Below are positions 24,088 to 34,697 of a stretch of DNA of 64,000 bases, piece by piece (positions within the stretch are counted from its first letter, which is position 1; each line of letters opens with the position of its first letter). The notes under the pieces were generated by a model, which searched no databases, was not told the DNA's origin, and was given only the letters and a program-made list of their open reading frames with translations. A program made the translations under genes and the position numbers. The DNA comes from Xanthobacteraceae bacterium (GTDB taxonomy: Bacteria > Pseudomonadota > Alphaproteobacteria > Rhizobiales > Xanthobacteraceae). Where the stretch lies: assembly GCA_036559465.1 (NCBI GenBank), contig DATBTC010000063.1, positions 2,497 to 66,496 of the forward strand, given 5' to 3'.

Positions 24088-25713
24088 TCATTGCCGACTA
24101 CCGCTTTCCGTTACGTCGCGCCTTGTCTGCGAACGCTTGGAGAAAAATGCGGCCAATGCGAATGCGACCAGGAAGAGAAAGAAGAGCGCATCGCCGTAGC
24201 GCGCGTAGAGCGGAGACTCTATCGACCTAGGTAGCTGCGAGTCGATAACCCCATCTACCCCGAGAGGCAGCGACCGAACGACGCGGCCCAGCGGATCGAC
24301 CACCGCGGAAATCCCGTTATTGGCGGCGCGCACCAGCGGCAGTCCTTCCTCGATCGTGCGCAGGCGCGCTTGCACGAAATGTTGATAAGGCCCCGGCGAG
24401 CGGCCGAACCAGGCGTCATTGGTGACGTTGAGCAGCCATTGCGGGCGCGGGCCTTCGGGCACGACGGCGCCGGGGAAGATCGCCTCGTAGCAGATCAGCG
24501 GCGCGGCGAGCGGCGCGCGCGGAATCGAAAGCGCGCGCAGCCGCGGGCCCGCGGAAAATCCGCCATGCACGCGCGTGAGTTGCTCCAGACCCAGGCTTTC
24601 GAGGAAGCGCTGAAACGGCAGGAACTCGCCGAACGGCACCAGGTGCACCTTGTCGTAGGTCGCCACAATCGCGCCGTCGTCGCCGAGCACGCGGATGCTG
24701 TTGAAAACCCTTCCGTTTTTTTCGCCGGCAGGCGGCTCTTCGAGCCGCACCGCGCCGGTAACGAGCACCAGGCCCGGCGGCAGCAGATCGCCGATCCTGG
24801 TCAGTGCGTCCGCTTCCCGCTCCAAGAAGAAAGGGAATGCCGATTCTGGCCAGATCAAGAGCGTGACGTCGCGCACGCCGGTGGTCTGCGGCCCGGTGGC
24901 GCGGTCGCTGATCGAAACATAGCGATCCATCACCTGCTGCTTGGCCGCCGGGCGGAACTTCTCGTCCTGCGGCAGGTTGGGCTGCATGATCCTGAGCCGG
25001 ACGCCCTCGACCGCGCTCACTTCCGTGGTTGCCAGCCGGTGCGCGCCCCAGCCGCCGAGCACGGCGAGCACGAGTGCGGAAAGCAGAACCGGCAGCCACG
25101 GTCGGCGTGTGGTTTCGCGCCCATCGGCGAGCGTGGCGGGGCTTGCGAAAATCGCGAGCGCCAGGAGCGTCAGGCCCCAGAGCCCGACCAGCGCGGCGCC
25201 TTGCGCGAACGCCGGCACGGCCGCCAGCGCATAGCCGAAACTGTTCCACGGGAAGCCCGAGAGCAGGTGGCCGCGCAGCCACTCGGCGAGCGCCAGTGCC
25301 GCGGCGAAAGCGAGAATTCGCGCGGGTCCTGTCGACCATAGCCAGCGCGCCAGCGCGGCGCCGAACCCGGTGAACAGCGCAAGCCCCGCCGGAATGGCGA
25401 GGACGGCAAGCGGCAAAGCCCAGGCGAAGCGGTCGGCCTCGATCAGCAGCGAGTTGCCGATCCAGTAGAGCCCGGCGACGAAATAGCCGAAGCCGAACCA
25501 CCACCCGGTGGCAAACGCCGCACGCAGCCCAGCCCGGCCCGAGCCGGTGCCGTCCAGGAGCCACACGAAGACCGGAAGTGTGATCAGCAGCACCGGGATA
25601 AGATCGAACGGCGCCATGGCGAGCGCCGATACGGCGCCGGCCGCGAGCGCGATCAGGCGCCGTTGCCATCCCCAGGCGAGCACGACCCGATGAGCAAGCG
25701 CCGCAAGCCTCAC
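24088..25713 (-). CDS. lnt: apolipoprotein N-acyltransferase
   Basis: 541 aa. Multi-pass membrane N-terminal half plus a CN-hydrolase domain (WPESAFPF, ICYEAIFP with catalytic Cys). Located in the ybeZYX-lnt block. Confidence 0.9.
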   Translation of the reverse strand: MRLAALAHRVVLAWGWQRRLIALAAGAVSALAMAPFDLIPVLLITLPVFVWLLDGTGSGRAGLRAAFATGWWFGFGYFVAGLYWIGNSLLIEADRFAWALPLAVLAIPAGLALFTGFGAALARWLWSTGPARILAFAAALALAEWLRGHLLSGFPWNSFGYALAAVPAFAQGAALVGLWGLTLLALAIFASPATLADGRETTRRPWLPVLLSALVLAVLGGWGAHRLATTEVSAVEGVRLRIMQPNLPQDEKFRPAAKQQVMDRYVSISDRATGPQTTGVRDVTLLIWPESAFPFFLEREADALTRIGDLLPPGLVLVTGAVRLEEPPAGEKNGRVFNSIRVLGDDGAIVATYDKVHLVPFGEFLPFQRFLESLGLEQLTRVHGGFSAGPRLRALSIPRAPLAAPLICYEAIFPGAVVPEGPRPQWLLNVTNDAWFGRSPGPYQHFVQARLRTIEEGLPLVRAANNGISAVVDPLGRVVRSLPLGVDGVIDSQLPRSIESPLYARYGDALFFLFLVAFALAAFFSKRSQTRRDVTESGSRQ

Positions 25714-25730
25714 GGTGCCTCGTTTTTCTG

Positions 25731-26840
25731 TCAGGCCGGCGGCTCGTCCCGTTTGCTGGCCGGGGCTCCCGCCGATTCGGATATCGGCGGCGAAGCTACC
25801 ACGTTCGCTTCGTCCTCGGCCCGCTTGCGTCGCGCCTCGCGCCGCGGCTCGGCCGCACGGCGATAGATGCGCAGCCGCTTCACCCGGCGCGGATCGGCAT
25901 CCAACACCTCAATCTCGAAATTCTCCGGTCCCTTCAGGATCTCGCCGCGCACCGGCACGCGACCCGCCAGCGTCACCATGAGCCCCCCGAGCGTATCGAT
26001 TTCGCCGTTCTCCTCGGTGGGTGCGAAAGCTGGGCCGATTTTCACAGCGGCCTCGCCCAGACTCGCGCGCGCGTCGGCCAGGTAGCTGCCGTCGCCCTGC
26101 GTCTGGATATGCGTGGCTTCGGCGTCGTGCTCGTCCTCGATATTGCCGACGATCTCCTCGACGATGTCCTCGATCGAGACCAGACCGTCGGTGCCGCCAT
26201 ATTCGTCGATCACGAGCGCCAGGTGAATGCGGGTCGCCTGCATGCGCACCAGCAGATCGACCACCGGCATGGAGGGCGGCGCGAACAGGATGCGGCGCAC
26301 GATCCGTGTCGCCGATAGCGGCAGCGCGAGATCGACGTGCTTGAGGTCGAGGTCGGCGGGCAGCGGCTTTTTCCGGCGCGCGTTCTTCGCCGGATCGATC
26401 GAAGCGCGTTCGGTCATATAGGTGACGAGATCGCGGATATGGACCATGCCCACCGGATCGTCGAGCGTATCGTCGTGTACCACCAGCCGCGAATGGCCGG
26501 CATTGGCGAACAGCTTCAGCAGGTCGCCGAGCGCGATATCCTTCTGCACAGCAATAATGTCTGCGCGCGGCACCATCACGTCGCCGATGCGCCGCTCCCG
26601 CAGCGTTAGGATATTGCGCAGCATCGCCCGCTCGGTCGGCGAGAACTCGCCTTCGGCGGTCTTGCTCTCCTCCAGCACCTCGGTGAGATCGGTGCGCAGC
26701 GAGCCGGAACTGCGCAAGCCCACGAGCGTCCGCAGGCGCTCGATCAATCCTTCGAGGCCCGAGCGCTGCGTCTCGGACGCGGCTGCGTCCTTGTCTTCGG
26801 GGGCCGCCGGTTTCGGCGGATATGATTCGTTCGCGCTCAT
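25731..26840 (-). CDS. corC: CorC/YbeX-type CBS-domain protein (hemolysin/TlyC family)
   Basis: 369 aa, no TM segments. A CBS pair (IGDVMVPRADI..., MVHIRDL...) and a CorC_HlyC C-terminal domain. Conserved position between ybeY and lnt. Confidence 0.8.
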   Translation of the reverse strand: MSANESYPPKPAAPEDKDAAASETQRSGLEGLIERLRTLVGLRSSGSLRTDLTEVLEESKTAEGEFSPTERAMLRNILTLRERRIGDVMVPRADIIAVQKDIALGDLLKLFANAGHSRLVVHDDTLDDPVGMVHIRDLVTYMTERASIDPAKNARRKKPLPADLDLKHVDLALPLSATRIVRRILFAPPSMPVVDLLVRMQATRIHLALVIDEYGGTDGLVSIEDIVEEIVGNIEDEHDAEATHIQTQGDGSYLADARASLGEAAVKIGPAFAPTEENGEIDTLGGLMVTLAGRVPVRGEILKGPENFEIEVLDADPRRVKRLRIYRRAAEPRREARRKRAEDEANVVASPPISESAGAPASKRDEPPA

Positions 26841-26845
26841 GGCGG

Positions 26846-27325
26846 TCAGATTACCGGCGCTTCGGTGCGGGCATAGGGATCGGGTACTCCGAGCCGGGCG
26901 AGAATCTCCCGCTCCAGCCGCTCCATGATTTCAGCGTCGCGATCGTTTTCGTGGTCGTGACCCAGAAGATGCAGCATGCCGTGCACGGTCAGATGCGCAA
27001 GATGGTCGCGCGCGGAAATCCGCTGCTCGGCTGCTTCGCGCGCGATGGTCTCGTAGGCCAGCACCACGTCGCCGAGCAACCGCGGCTCCGCGCTCCCACC
27101 GGCGGGCGCGGGGAACGAGAGCACGTTGGTGGCGCTATCCTTTCCGCGCCAGGTGCGATTGAGCGTACGCATTTTCGCATCGTCCGTGAGCACGACGCCG
27201 ATCTCGACGCCGGAAGCATTGGTGTCGGCGAGCGCCGCTTCGGCGGCGCGGCGCACGATCGCCTCGGCGCCGGAGAAAAGCTGCCAGGCGCCCGCTTCGA
27301 CGGAAATCTCGATTGCGAAGCTCAC
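26846..27325 (-). CDS. ybeY: rRNA maturation endoribonuclease YbeY
   Basis: 159 aa. Zinc motif HGMLHLLGHDH. Confidence 0.92.
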   Translation of the reverse strand: MSFAIEISVEAGAWQLFSGAEAIVRRAAEAALADTNASGVEIGVVLTDDAKMRTLNRTWRGKDSATNVLSFPAPAGGSAEPRLLGDVVLAYETIAREAAEQRISARDHLAHLTVHGMLHLLGHDHENDRDAEIMERLEREILARLGVPDPYARTEAPVI

Positions 27326-28368
27326 GCTTTCTTCTCCTTCGTCGCCTTCGCCTTGGTCGCGGCGGCGTCATAGGCATTGACGATGCGCGACACCAGCTCG
27401 TGGCGCACCACGTCGGCGCTGGTGAAGGCGACGTGCGCGATGTCTTCGATTTTGGCTAACAGCTCCACCGCCTCGTTGAGCCCCGAGGTCTGGCCCGGCG
27501 GAAGGTCGGTCTGCGAAAGGTCGCCGGTGACGATCATGCGCGAATTCTCGCCGAGCCGGGTCAAGAACATCTTCATCTGCATCGAGGTCGTGTTCTGCGC
27601 CTCGTCGAGGATGACGGCGGCATTGGCGAGCGTGCGGCCGCGCATGAACGCAAGCGGTGCGATCTCGATTTCGCCGGCTTGCAGCGCGCGCTCGACCATA
27701 CCGCGGTCCATGACGTCGTAGAACGCGTCGTAGATCGGCCTGAGATACGGATCGACCTTCTCGCGCATGTCACCGGGCAGAAACCCGAGCCGCTCGCCGG
27801 CCTCGACCGCGGGGCGAGATAGGATGATGCGGTCGATCTCACGCCGCTCGAACAGGTGCACGGCGTACGCTACCGCAAGCCACGTTTTGCCGGTGCCGGC
27901 GGGGCCGGTGGCGAGCACCAGCGAATGGCGCTTCAGCGCCCGGAGGTAAGCATTCTGCATCGGCGTTCGCGCGCGCACTGCGCGCTTGCGAAGCTTGATC
28001 TCCTCGAAGCGGCTGTTCGCGGAGGCGCCGGCGCCTTCCGCCTCGAACAGAGAGGCCTGCGCCACCACTTGGCGGATCGCGCCTTCGATGTCGCCGGTAC
28101 CGATTTCATGGCCGTTGCTCAGTTGTTCATAGAGCGACGTGAGCACCAGCCGCGCCTGCTCGCAGGCGAGCTTTTCGCCCTCCAACGACGCGTGGTTGCC
28201 GCGGTGGTCGGCCACTACATTGAGACGGCGCTCGATCAGCGCGAGATTCTCGCCGTAGCGACCGAACAAGGTGCTCGCCAGCCGGTTGTCGTCGAAGGCG
28301 ACGTCGATGCGCGCCGAACCTTCTCTGTCCTTGGCGGAAACTGCGTTGCGCGTATCGGGATTGCGCAT
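27322..28368 (-). CDS. ybeZ: PhoH-family ATPase (YbeZ)
   Basis: 348 aa. Walker A GPAGTGKTWLAVA, VILDEAQN. Overlaps the ybeY start by 4 nt. Confidence 0.9.
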   Translation of the reverse strand: MRNPDTRNAVSAKDREGSARIDVAFDDNRLASTLFGRYGENLALIERRLNVVADHRGNHASLEGEKLACEQARLVLTSLYEQLSNGHEIGTGDIEGAIRQVVAQASLFEAEGAGASANSRFEEIKLRKRAVRARTPMQNAYLRALKRHSLVLATGPAGTGKTWLAVAYAVHLFERREIDRIILSRPAVEAGERLGFLPGDMREKVDPYLRPIYDAFYDVMDRGMVERALQAGEIEIAPLAFMRGRTLANAAVILDEAQNTTSMQMKMFLTRLGENSRMIVTGDLSQTDLPPGQTSGLNEAVELLAKIEDIAHVAFTSADVVRHELVSRIVNAYDAAATKAKATKEKKA

Positions 28369-29765
28369 CAGGCGCCACCTGTGGCGAGTTCCGCGTGTTG
28401 CGGCTTGCGCGCATGCGCTTCGGTCACGATCTCGCCGAGCAAGCTTTTTGCTCCGGCCTCGACGACACGCACCGCGGTGATAGTGCCGATGCGGTCCTGC
28501 GGCGCGTTCACCTGCACCGGCTGCTGATACGGCGAGCGACCGACGATCTGCCCCGCAAGCCGGCCCGGCTTATCGAACAGAACGTCGAGCGTGCGGCCGA
28601 CAAGGGAGCGGTTGAACGCCCGCTTCTGCTGCTCAAGCAGGTCTTGCAACCGCGCCAGGCGCTCCGCCTTCACGGCTTCGTCGATCTGCGCCATTTCCGC
28701 CGCCGGCGTGCCGGGGCGGGGGCTGTATTTGAAGGAATAGGCCTGGGTGAAAACCACGCGCTCGATGAGATCTATAGTTGCCGCGAAGTCGTTCTCCGTC
28801 TCGCCCGGGAAGCCGACGATGAAGTCGGACGAGACCGCGATATCGGGCCGCGCCGCGCGCACGCGCTCGATGACAGAAAGATACAGGCCGCGATCATGAC
28901 CCCGGTTCATGGCCTCAAGCACCCGGTCCGAACCCGACTGCACCGGCAGATGCAGGCAGGGCATGAGCTTTTCGAGATCCCGGTGCGCGAAAATCAGGTC
29001 GCCCGCCATGTCGCATGGATGGCTCGTGGTGTAGCGCAGCCGTTCGATCCCCGGCACTTCTGCGACACGTGCCAGCAAATCGGCAAGGCTGGCGCTGCGG
29101 CCGTTCCGCTCTAAGCCATGATAGGCGTTGACGTTCTGACCGATGAGCGTGACCTCGACGACGCCGGCCTCAGCCAGCCGTTCCACTTCTTCCACGATCT
29201 TCCCGACCGGCCGCGAGACCTCAACGCCGCGCGTATAGGGCACGACACAGAAGGTGCAGAACTTGTCGCAGCCCTCCTGCACCGTCACGAACGCGGCGAC
29301 ACCGCGGGCGCGCGTGGCATCGTGGCTCGGCGGCGCCAGACGGTCGAACTTGTCCTCGAGCGGGAATTCGGTATCGACGACGGTCTTTCCTTTGCCGGCA
29401 CGCGCGAGCAGTTCCGGTAGGCGATGGATGCTTTGCGGCCCGACTACGATGTCCACGGTCGGCGCGCGCCGGACGATCTCATTGCCCTCGGCTTGCGCGA
29501 CGCAGCCGGCGACCGCGACGAGCACGCCGCGCCCCTTGCGCGCCGCATCCGCCTTGATGCGGCGCATACGGCCGAGCTCGGAATAGATCTTCTCCACCGC
29601 CTTCTCGCGGATATTGCAAGTGTTGAGGATGATCAGGTCGGCGTCCTCGGGCTCCGCGGTCTCGACGAATCCATCGCGCGCCAAGCTGTCCACCATGCGA
29701 TGCGCATCGTAGACGTTCATCTGGCAGCCGTAGGACTTGATGTAGAGCTTGCGGGTTTTGCCCAC
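28368..29765 (-). CDS. miaB: tRNA-i6A37 methylthiotransferase
   Basis: 465 aa. [13 protein letters not shown] (UPF0004 domain), radical-SAM cluster CDKFCTFC, C-terminal TRAM domain. Confidence 0.93.
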   Translation of the reverse strand: MGKTRKLYIKSYGCQMNVYDAHRMVDSLARDGFVETAEPEDADLIILNTCNIREKAVEKIYSELGRMRRIKADAARKGRGVLVAVAGCVAQAEGNEIVRRAPTVDIVVGPQSIHRLPELLARAGKGKTVVDTEFPLEDKFDRLAPPSHDATRARGVAAFVTVQEGCDKFCTFCVVPYTRGVEVSRPVGKIVEEVERLAEAGVVEVTLIGQNVNAYHGLERNGRSASLADLLARVAEVPGIERLRYTTSHPCDMAGDLIFAHRDLEKLMPCLHLPVQSGSDRVLEAMNRGHDRGLYLSVIERVRAARPDIAVSSDFIVGFPGETENDFAATIDLIERVVFTQAYSFKYSPRPGTPAAEMAQIDEAVKAERLARLQDLLEQQKRAFNRSLVGRTLDVLFDKPGRLAGQIVGRSPYQQPVQVNAPQDRIGTITAVRVVEAGAKSLLGEIVTEAHARKPQHAELATGGA

Positions 29766-29774
29766 GGCTACCTC

Positions 29775-30593
29775 TTACCGGGTTTCGACCGGCAAGGGAA
29801 CGGCCCCGCCGGAAACCTCGATACGGCCTGAAAGCGCGGCCACCGTCATGCGGCGTACCGCCGCTTCGGCAATGCGCGCCAGCAACTTGCGATCTGCATC
29901 CGCATCCACCGAAATTATCGGCCCGAAAGTCACGATCACATCGATCGCGCCCTCGCGCAGCACTCGGAAAAAATGCCTGGTCAGTCCGATATCGCCGTAC
30001 CACGCTGCGACCGACCGGAATTGGCGGCCCATGGGTAAGCCGTGCAGGCGCGTATAGGCCACCGACACCGGTTGCATATAGACCCGGCCCTTGTCGCCGA
30101 GCGCGTCGCGCACCGCGCCGAACAGCGCCGTGCGGAACGGCATCACGGTATTTCCGTCGCTGGACGTGCCTTCGCCGAACAGCACCACCGGGTCGCCGTC
30201 GATCATGCGCGAAGCGATTTCTCGATTGACGTCGGCGGTCGCCTGCCGCCGCGATCGATCGATGAACACGGTGCGCTGCAGCCGCGCCAACAGGCTTACG
30301 ACCGGCCAGCGCCCGATCTCGGCCTTGGCGGTGAAGACGAGCGGCGTGATCGAGCTCAGGACCGGAATATCGATCCACGAGCAATGATTGGAGACGTACA
30401 TTAACGGGCGCTCCGCCGCAGGCGCGCCGCGAACATGCACGCGCACGCCCAAGAACACGAGGCAGAGCTTGTGATAATACATCGGGATCGACCGCCGCAG
30501 CGGCAACTTCAGCTTGAGCGCGATCCACTGCGCCGGGATCCCGAACAGCGTGGCTATCGCCCAGCCGACGAGCGCGATGATCGTGCGCAGCAT
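29775..30593 (-). CDS. lysophospholipid (1-acyl-sn-glycerol-3-phosphate) acyltransferase family protein
   Basis: 272 aa. N-terminal TM helix, HX4D motif NHCSWIDI and FGEGTSSDG. Confidence 0.8.
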   Translation of the reverse strand: MLRTIIALVGWAIATLFGIPAQWIALKLKLPLRRSIPMYYHKLCLVFLGVRVHVRGAPAAERPLMYVSNHCSWIDIPVLSSITPLVFTAKAEIGRWPVVSLLARLQRTVFIDRSRRQATADVNREIASRMIDGDPVVLFGEGTSSDGNTVMPFRTALFGAVRDALGDKGRVYMQPVSVAYTRLHGLPMGRQFRSVAAWYGDIGLTRHFFRVLREGAIDVIVTFGPIISVDADADRKLLARIAEAAVRRMTVAALSGRIEVSGGAVPLPVETR

Positions 30594-30597
30594 CGGA

Positions 30598-31047
30598 TCA
30601 GGACTTCTTGTCTTTGACCGGCACAGCGTAGAGCTCGAGCCGGTGATCGACGATCTTGTAGCCGTGGCGCCGAGCGATCTCGTCCTGCAGCTTCTCGATC
30701 TCGTCGGATTGGAACTCGATCACCTTGCCCGAGCGCAGATCGATTAGATGGTCGTGGTGCTCGTGCGGCATTCGCTCGTAGCGCGAGCGGCCGTCGCGGA
30801 AATCGTGCCGCTCGATGATGCCGGCGTCCTCGAACAGCCTGACCGTGCGGTAGACCGTCGAAATCGAGATCTTATCGTCGATCGCGACCGCGCGCTTGTA
30901 GAGCTCCTCGACGTCGGGATGGTCCTGCGAGCGGCCCAAGACGCGCGCGATCACGCGGCGCTGCTCGGTCATGCGCAAGCCCTTGGCGATGCACGCCTCT
31001 TCGATGGAGCTCAGCTTTGCGCCGCTCACGATACTCATCCTTCGCAC
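30598..31047 (-). CDS. fur: ferric uptake regulator family protein (Fur/Mur)
   Basis: 149 aa. RMTEQRRVIARVL....DHPDVEELY, ISISTVYRTV.LFEDAGIIERHDF, HEHHDHLID. Confidence 0.88.
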   Translation of the reverse strand: MRRMSIVSGAKLSSIEEACIAKGLRMTEQRRVIARVLGRSQDHPDVEELYKRAVAIDDKISISTVYRTVRLFEDAGIIERHDFRDGRSRYERMPHEHHDHLIDLRSGKVIEFQSDEIEKLQDEIARRHGYKIVDHRLELYAVPVKDKKS

Positions 31048-31130
31048 GCCTCAGGAGGTCCATATTTTAGGGTCGTGGACCCGAGGCGTCCATCTTGTTT
31101 AAGCCAAGCCTCGTTCAAGCTAGGTCTTGT

Positions 31131-31622
31131 TCAAATCAGGTCGCGGCGCAAGACGCGCGCGACGGCGGTGCCAGCAGGCTTGGCGTAATAGCCCTCACGG
31201 CGGCCGACTTGGCTGAATCCGGCGCGCTCGTAGAGTCGTAGTGCCGGGCGGTTACCGTCCTCGACCTCGAGGAACAGACGCGCGACGCCGAGCGCTGCGA
31301 GTCTCGACAGGTGCCGCCGCACGAGCGAGGAGGCAAGACCGCGGCCGCGCTCGGCAGGCAGCACTGCGACGGTTAGAATCTCCGCCTCGTCGGCGGCGCG
31401 GCGGGAAAGAATGAATCCGACGATCCTGCCGCGGCCGCCGTCGCTGCGGCCGACTTGCGCAATCACCGAGCGATCCGCAAGCAGCTGCTCGAATTCAGCT
31501 TCGCTCCAACCGTGACGGAAGCATGTTGCATGCACGATCGCGAGCGTTGCAGCATCCTGCGGCCGCGCATCGAGGATCGCCGGCTCGCTCTTGCCGAACA
31601 GGCGGGAGAAGAAACCCATCAT
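31131..31622 (-). CDS. rimI: ribosomal-protein-alanine N-acetyltransferase (GNAT)
   Basis: ORF 31131..32267 trimmed to MMGFFSRLFGK, 163 aa. GNAT motif A: AVLPAERGRGLASSLV. Overlaps the tsaB stop by 4 nt, the usual tsaB-rimI pairing. Confidence 0.8.
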   Translation of the reverse strand: MMGFFSRLFGKSEPAILDARPQDAATLAIVHATCFRHGWSEAEFEQLLADRSVIAQVGRSDGGRGRIVGFILSRRAADEAEILTVAVLPAERGRGLASSLVRRHLSRLAALGVARLFLEVEDGNRPALRLYERAGFSQVGRREGYYAKPAGTAVARVLRRDLI

Positions 31623-32302
31623 CGCCGTGGCAGGCGGCTCGCGTCCTGCGGCTTGGCATCGGCCGGACGCAGATAAAGCGGACGCGGCTTGGCGTGCGCG
31701 GGATCGGCCGCTGCGCCCAGCCGCGCGACCCAGATGATGTCGGGCGCCGGCCGCGGATCGACTACCAGCGGCGGGGCTACATTTGCCGGCCAGTGCGCCG
31801 CCAGCATCGCCGCGCCCGAGCCCGCGATGCGGACCGGACCGAGCGCCACCGCACGGATCGCATCGCGCAGGCTCGATGCGCGCGGCGCCACCAACGTACG
31901 CCCGCCGGCGCCGACCATTTGCAGGTAGAGATTTCCGTGCTTCGCATCGAGCGCGGCCACCACCGGCACCGCGTCGCTCTCGGTGATGTAGGGCGCGATC
32001 AGCGCCGCCAGCGTCGTGACGCCGACCGCAGGCTTGCCCGAAACCAGCGCCAGGCCGCGGGCCGCGGAAATGCCAACGCGCAGGCCGGTGAAACTGCCCG
32101 GCCCGATGGTGGTGACAATACGGTCGACGGAATCGAAACCCGCGCCCGCGTTCTTCAACACCCGTTCGATGAGCGGGATCAGCGCCTCGGCATGGCCACG
32201 GTCGAGATCGAGCGATTGGACGGCAAGCGGCTCCGGGACCGTGGTGTCGATCAATGCCGCCGAGCAAGCCTCAAGCGCAGTATCGATTGCAAGGACGCGC
32301 AT
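31619..32302 (-). CDS. tsaB: tRNA t6A37 biosynthesis protein TsaB (YeaZ)
   Basis: ORF trimmed to MRVLAIDTALEACSAAL. GPGSFTGLRVGISAARGLAL. Confidence 0.85.
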   Translation of the reverse strand: MRVLAIDTALEACSAALIDTTVPEPLAVQSLDLDRGHAEALIPLIERVLKNAGAGFDSVDRIVTTIGPGSFTGLRVGISAARGLALVSGKPAVGVTTLAALIAPYITESDAVPVVAALDAKHGNLYLQMVGAGGRTLVAPRASSLRDAIRAVALGPVRIAGSGAAMLAAHWPANVAPPLVVDPRPAPDIIWVARLGAAADPAHAKPRPLYLRPADAKPQDASRLPRR

Positions 32303-32321
32303 TTCGACTGGCCGGCCTCCG

Positions 32322-32879
32322 TCAGACCGGACGCACCTCGACCACATCGGGGACGAAGTGGCGCAAGAGGTTCTCGATGCCGTTCTTCAGCGTTGCTGTC
32401 GATGACGGGCAGCCCGCGCAGGATCCCTTCATGTCGAGATAGACGACGCCGTCGCGGAAGCCGCGGAAAGTGATGTCGCCGCCGTCATAGGCCACCGCCG
32501 GGCGCACGCGCGTCTCCAGCAGTTCCTTGATCGTGACAACGAGCGCCTCGTCCTTGGCGTCGAAGAATTCTTCGGTGCCCACCACGGCCGCGGCGTCGCT
32601 GCGCACGAGCGGCTCGCCGGAGAGGTAATGCTCCATGATCGCGCCGAGGATCGCGGGCTTCAGGTGCGACCAGTCGCCTTCGGCCTTGGTGACGGTGACG
32701 AAATCCTGGCCGAAGAATACGCCGCTGACGCCGGGCACGGCGAACAGCTTGGCAGCGAGCGGCGAACGCTCCGCCGTGCTCGCGTCGCGCATGTCGAGCG
32801 TGCCTTCCGGAAGCACGGTCCGCCCGGGCAGGAACTTGAGCGTTGCCGGATTGGGGGTCGTCTCGGTCTGGATGAACAT
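32322..32879 (-). CDS. NifU-family Fe-S cluster assembly protein (Nfu_N + NifU C-terminal domain)
   Basis: 185 aa. MFIQTETTPNPATLKFLPG (Nfu_N) and the C-terminal CxxC motif GSCAGCPSS. Confidence 0.88.
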   Translation of the reverse strand: MFIQTETTPNPATLKFLPGRTVLPEGTLDMRDASTAERSPLAAKLFAVPGVSGVFFGQDFVTVTKAEGDWSHLKPAILGAIMEHYLSGEPLVRSDAAAVVGTEEFFDAKDEALVVTIKELLETRVRPAVAYDGGDITFRGFRDGVVYLDMKGSCAGCPSSTATLKNGIENLLRHFVPDVVEVRPV

Positions 32880-32955
32880 TGCTTTCTCCCGGGCGCGAGT
32901 CGGCGCCCGATTTCTCCTCTAATGTAGGGCTTCCGGGCTTGGTCCGAAAGGCCGC

Positions 32956-33450
32956 TCAGGAAAGGGCGTCGATCTGGGCGTCGGTCAGATGTCCGGGCAC
33001 GATCGTGATCGGGATCGGGAAGGTTCCGGAGCCGCCCCCGGCCAGCGAGGAAACCAGGGGGCCCGGCCCTTCGGCGCCGGTTCCGGCCGCCAGAACCAGG
33101 ATCGCGATCTCGCGGTTTTCCTGGATCAGCTTCAGAATCTCTTCCGGCTTCTTGCCCTCGCGAACTACTCGTTGCGGATCGATGCCGGCCAGGTTACGGG
33201 CGCGCGCGGCGAATTCGTCGAGCCGGCTCTCGGCCTCCTCGAGCGCTTCCGCGCGCATGAGTTCGCTCACACCGAGCCACTCCTGGTTGCCGCCCGGCGG
33301 CGAGGCGACCGCGACCATGACGAGCTTGCCGCTGGTACGCGCCGCCCGCCGGCTCGCGTAATAGACGGCGCGGTCGCACTCCGGCGTCTCGTCGATGACG
33401 ACGAGGAACGTGCGCGGATACTCTGCGGGCATCTCTTTGGGTCGGCTCAT
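32956..33450 (-). CDS. universal stress protein family protein
   Basis: ORF trimmed to MSRPKEMPAEYPRTFLVVIDETPE, 164 aa. C-terminal ILVLAAGTGAEGPGPLVS...PITIVPG resembles the UspA ATP-binding region. Confidence 0.7.
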   Translation of the reverse strand: MSRPKEMPAEYPRTFLVVIDETPECDRAVYYASRRAARTSGKLVMVAVASPPGGNQEWLGVSELMRAEALEEAESRLDEFAARARNLAGIDPQRVVREGKKPEEILKLIQENREIAILVLAAGTGAEGPGPLVSSLAGGGSGTFPIPITIVPGHLTDAQIDALS

Positions 33451-33513
33451 GCAATCGGTCCGCCGAACACGCGAATGCTGCCACGCTCGGGCCGAGCGCG
33501 CAAAGCGCACAAA

Positions 33514-34551
33514 TCAAGCACGCACGAAACCGCAGATGTCCTTGACCGCCTTCATGGTTTCGGCGGCGATGGCCCGCGCACGAGCCGAACCATCGGCGAG
33601 TACCCGGTCGAGTTGGGCGGGGTCCTGCATCAGCCGCTTCATCTCACCGCCGATCGGGCCGAGCTTCGCGACCGCGCGTTCGGTCAGCGCGTCCTTGAAT
33701 CGGGAGAACTGGGCGCCGCCGAATTCCTTCAGCACTTCGGCGTTGGTCTTGCCGGTGAGCGCCGAATAAATGCCGACGAGGTTCTCCGCCTCCGGCCGCG
33801 TCTCGAGTTCCTTCTCGTCGCTCGGGAACGGCAGCGGGTCGGTTTTTGCTTTCTTGAACTTCTGCGCGATCGTGTCGGCATCGTCGGCAAGATTGATGCG
33901 CGAATAGTCGGAGGCGTCCGACTTCGACATCTTCTTCGTGCCGTCGCGCAGCGACATCACGCGCATCGCCGGGCCCGAGATCAGCGGTTCGGTGAGCGGA
34001 AAGAAAGCGTCGCCGTGGCCGAGTGCGGCGATGCGTTTGGCAAAATCGTTGTTGAATTTCTGCGCGATGTCGCGCGTCAGCTCCAGATGCTGCTTCTGGT
34101 CCTCGCCGACCGGAACGTGCGTCGCGCGGTAGGCCAGAATGTCGGCGGCCATCAGGCATGGATACGCGTAAAGGCCGACCGAGACATTCTCGCGGTCCTT
34201 GCCCGCCTTCTCCTTGAACTGGGTCATGCGGTTGAGCCAGCCCACGCGCGCGATGCAACTGAACACCCAGGCGAGCTCCGCGTGCTCGGAAACTTGGCTC
34301 TGGTTGAAGATGATGTGCTGCTTCGGATCGATGCCGGAGGCGATGAAGGCCGCGGTCACCTCGCGGATGCTCTTGGTCAGCTCGTCCGGGTCCTGCCAGA
34401 CCGTGATCGCGTGCAGATCGACGACGCAATAGATGCAGTCGTACTTCGCCTGCAGCTCGACGAAGCGCTTGATGGCGCCGAGATAATTCCCGAGATGCAG
34501 ATTGCCGCTGGGCTGCACCCCTGAGAAAACGCGCTGCTTGAACTCGGCCAT
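33514..34551 (-). CDS. trpS: tryptophan--tRNA ligase
   Basis: ORF trimmed to [25 protein letters not shown] (HIGH-type motif). KMSKS is present. Confidence 0.93.
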   Translation of the reverse strand: MAEFKQRVFSGVQPSGNLHLGNYLGAIKRFVELQAKYDCIYCVVDLHAITVWQDPDELTKSIREVTAAFIASGIDPKQHIIFNQSQVSEHAELAWVFSCIARVGWLNRMTQFKEKAGKDRENVSVGLYAYPCLMAADILAYRATHVPVGEDQKQHLELTRDIAQKFNNDFAKRIAALGHGDAFFPLTEPLISGPAMRVMSLRDGTKKMSKSDASDYSRINLADDADTIAQKFKKAKTDPLPFPSDEKELETRPEAENLVGIYSALTGKTNAEVLKEFGGAQFSRFKDALTERAVAKLGPIGGEMKRLMQDPAQLDRVLADGSARARAIAAETMKAVKDICGFVRA

Positions 34552-34697
34552 CGCTGCCCCCGTGCGGGCCGCCTCATGCCACGCGAACGCCGCGCGAAGC
34601 AAGGGGATGGGCCGAGGCCCAAGCTTATACCGCACGCGCCGTGCGGTTGCGGGCACAGGGGCGCCTTGCTAGGCCGATGCGCTGACTGGAGAAGACC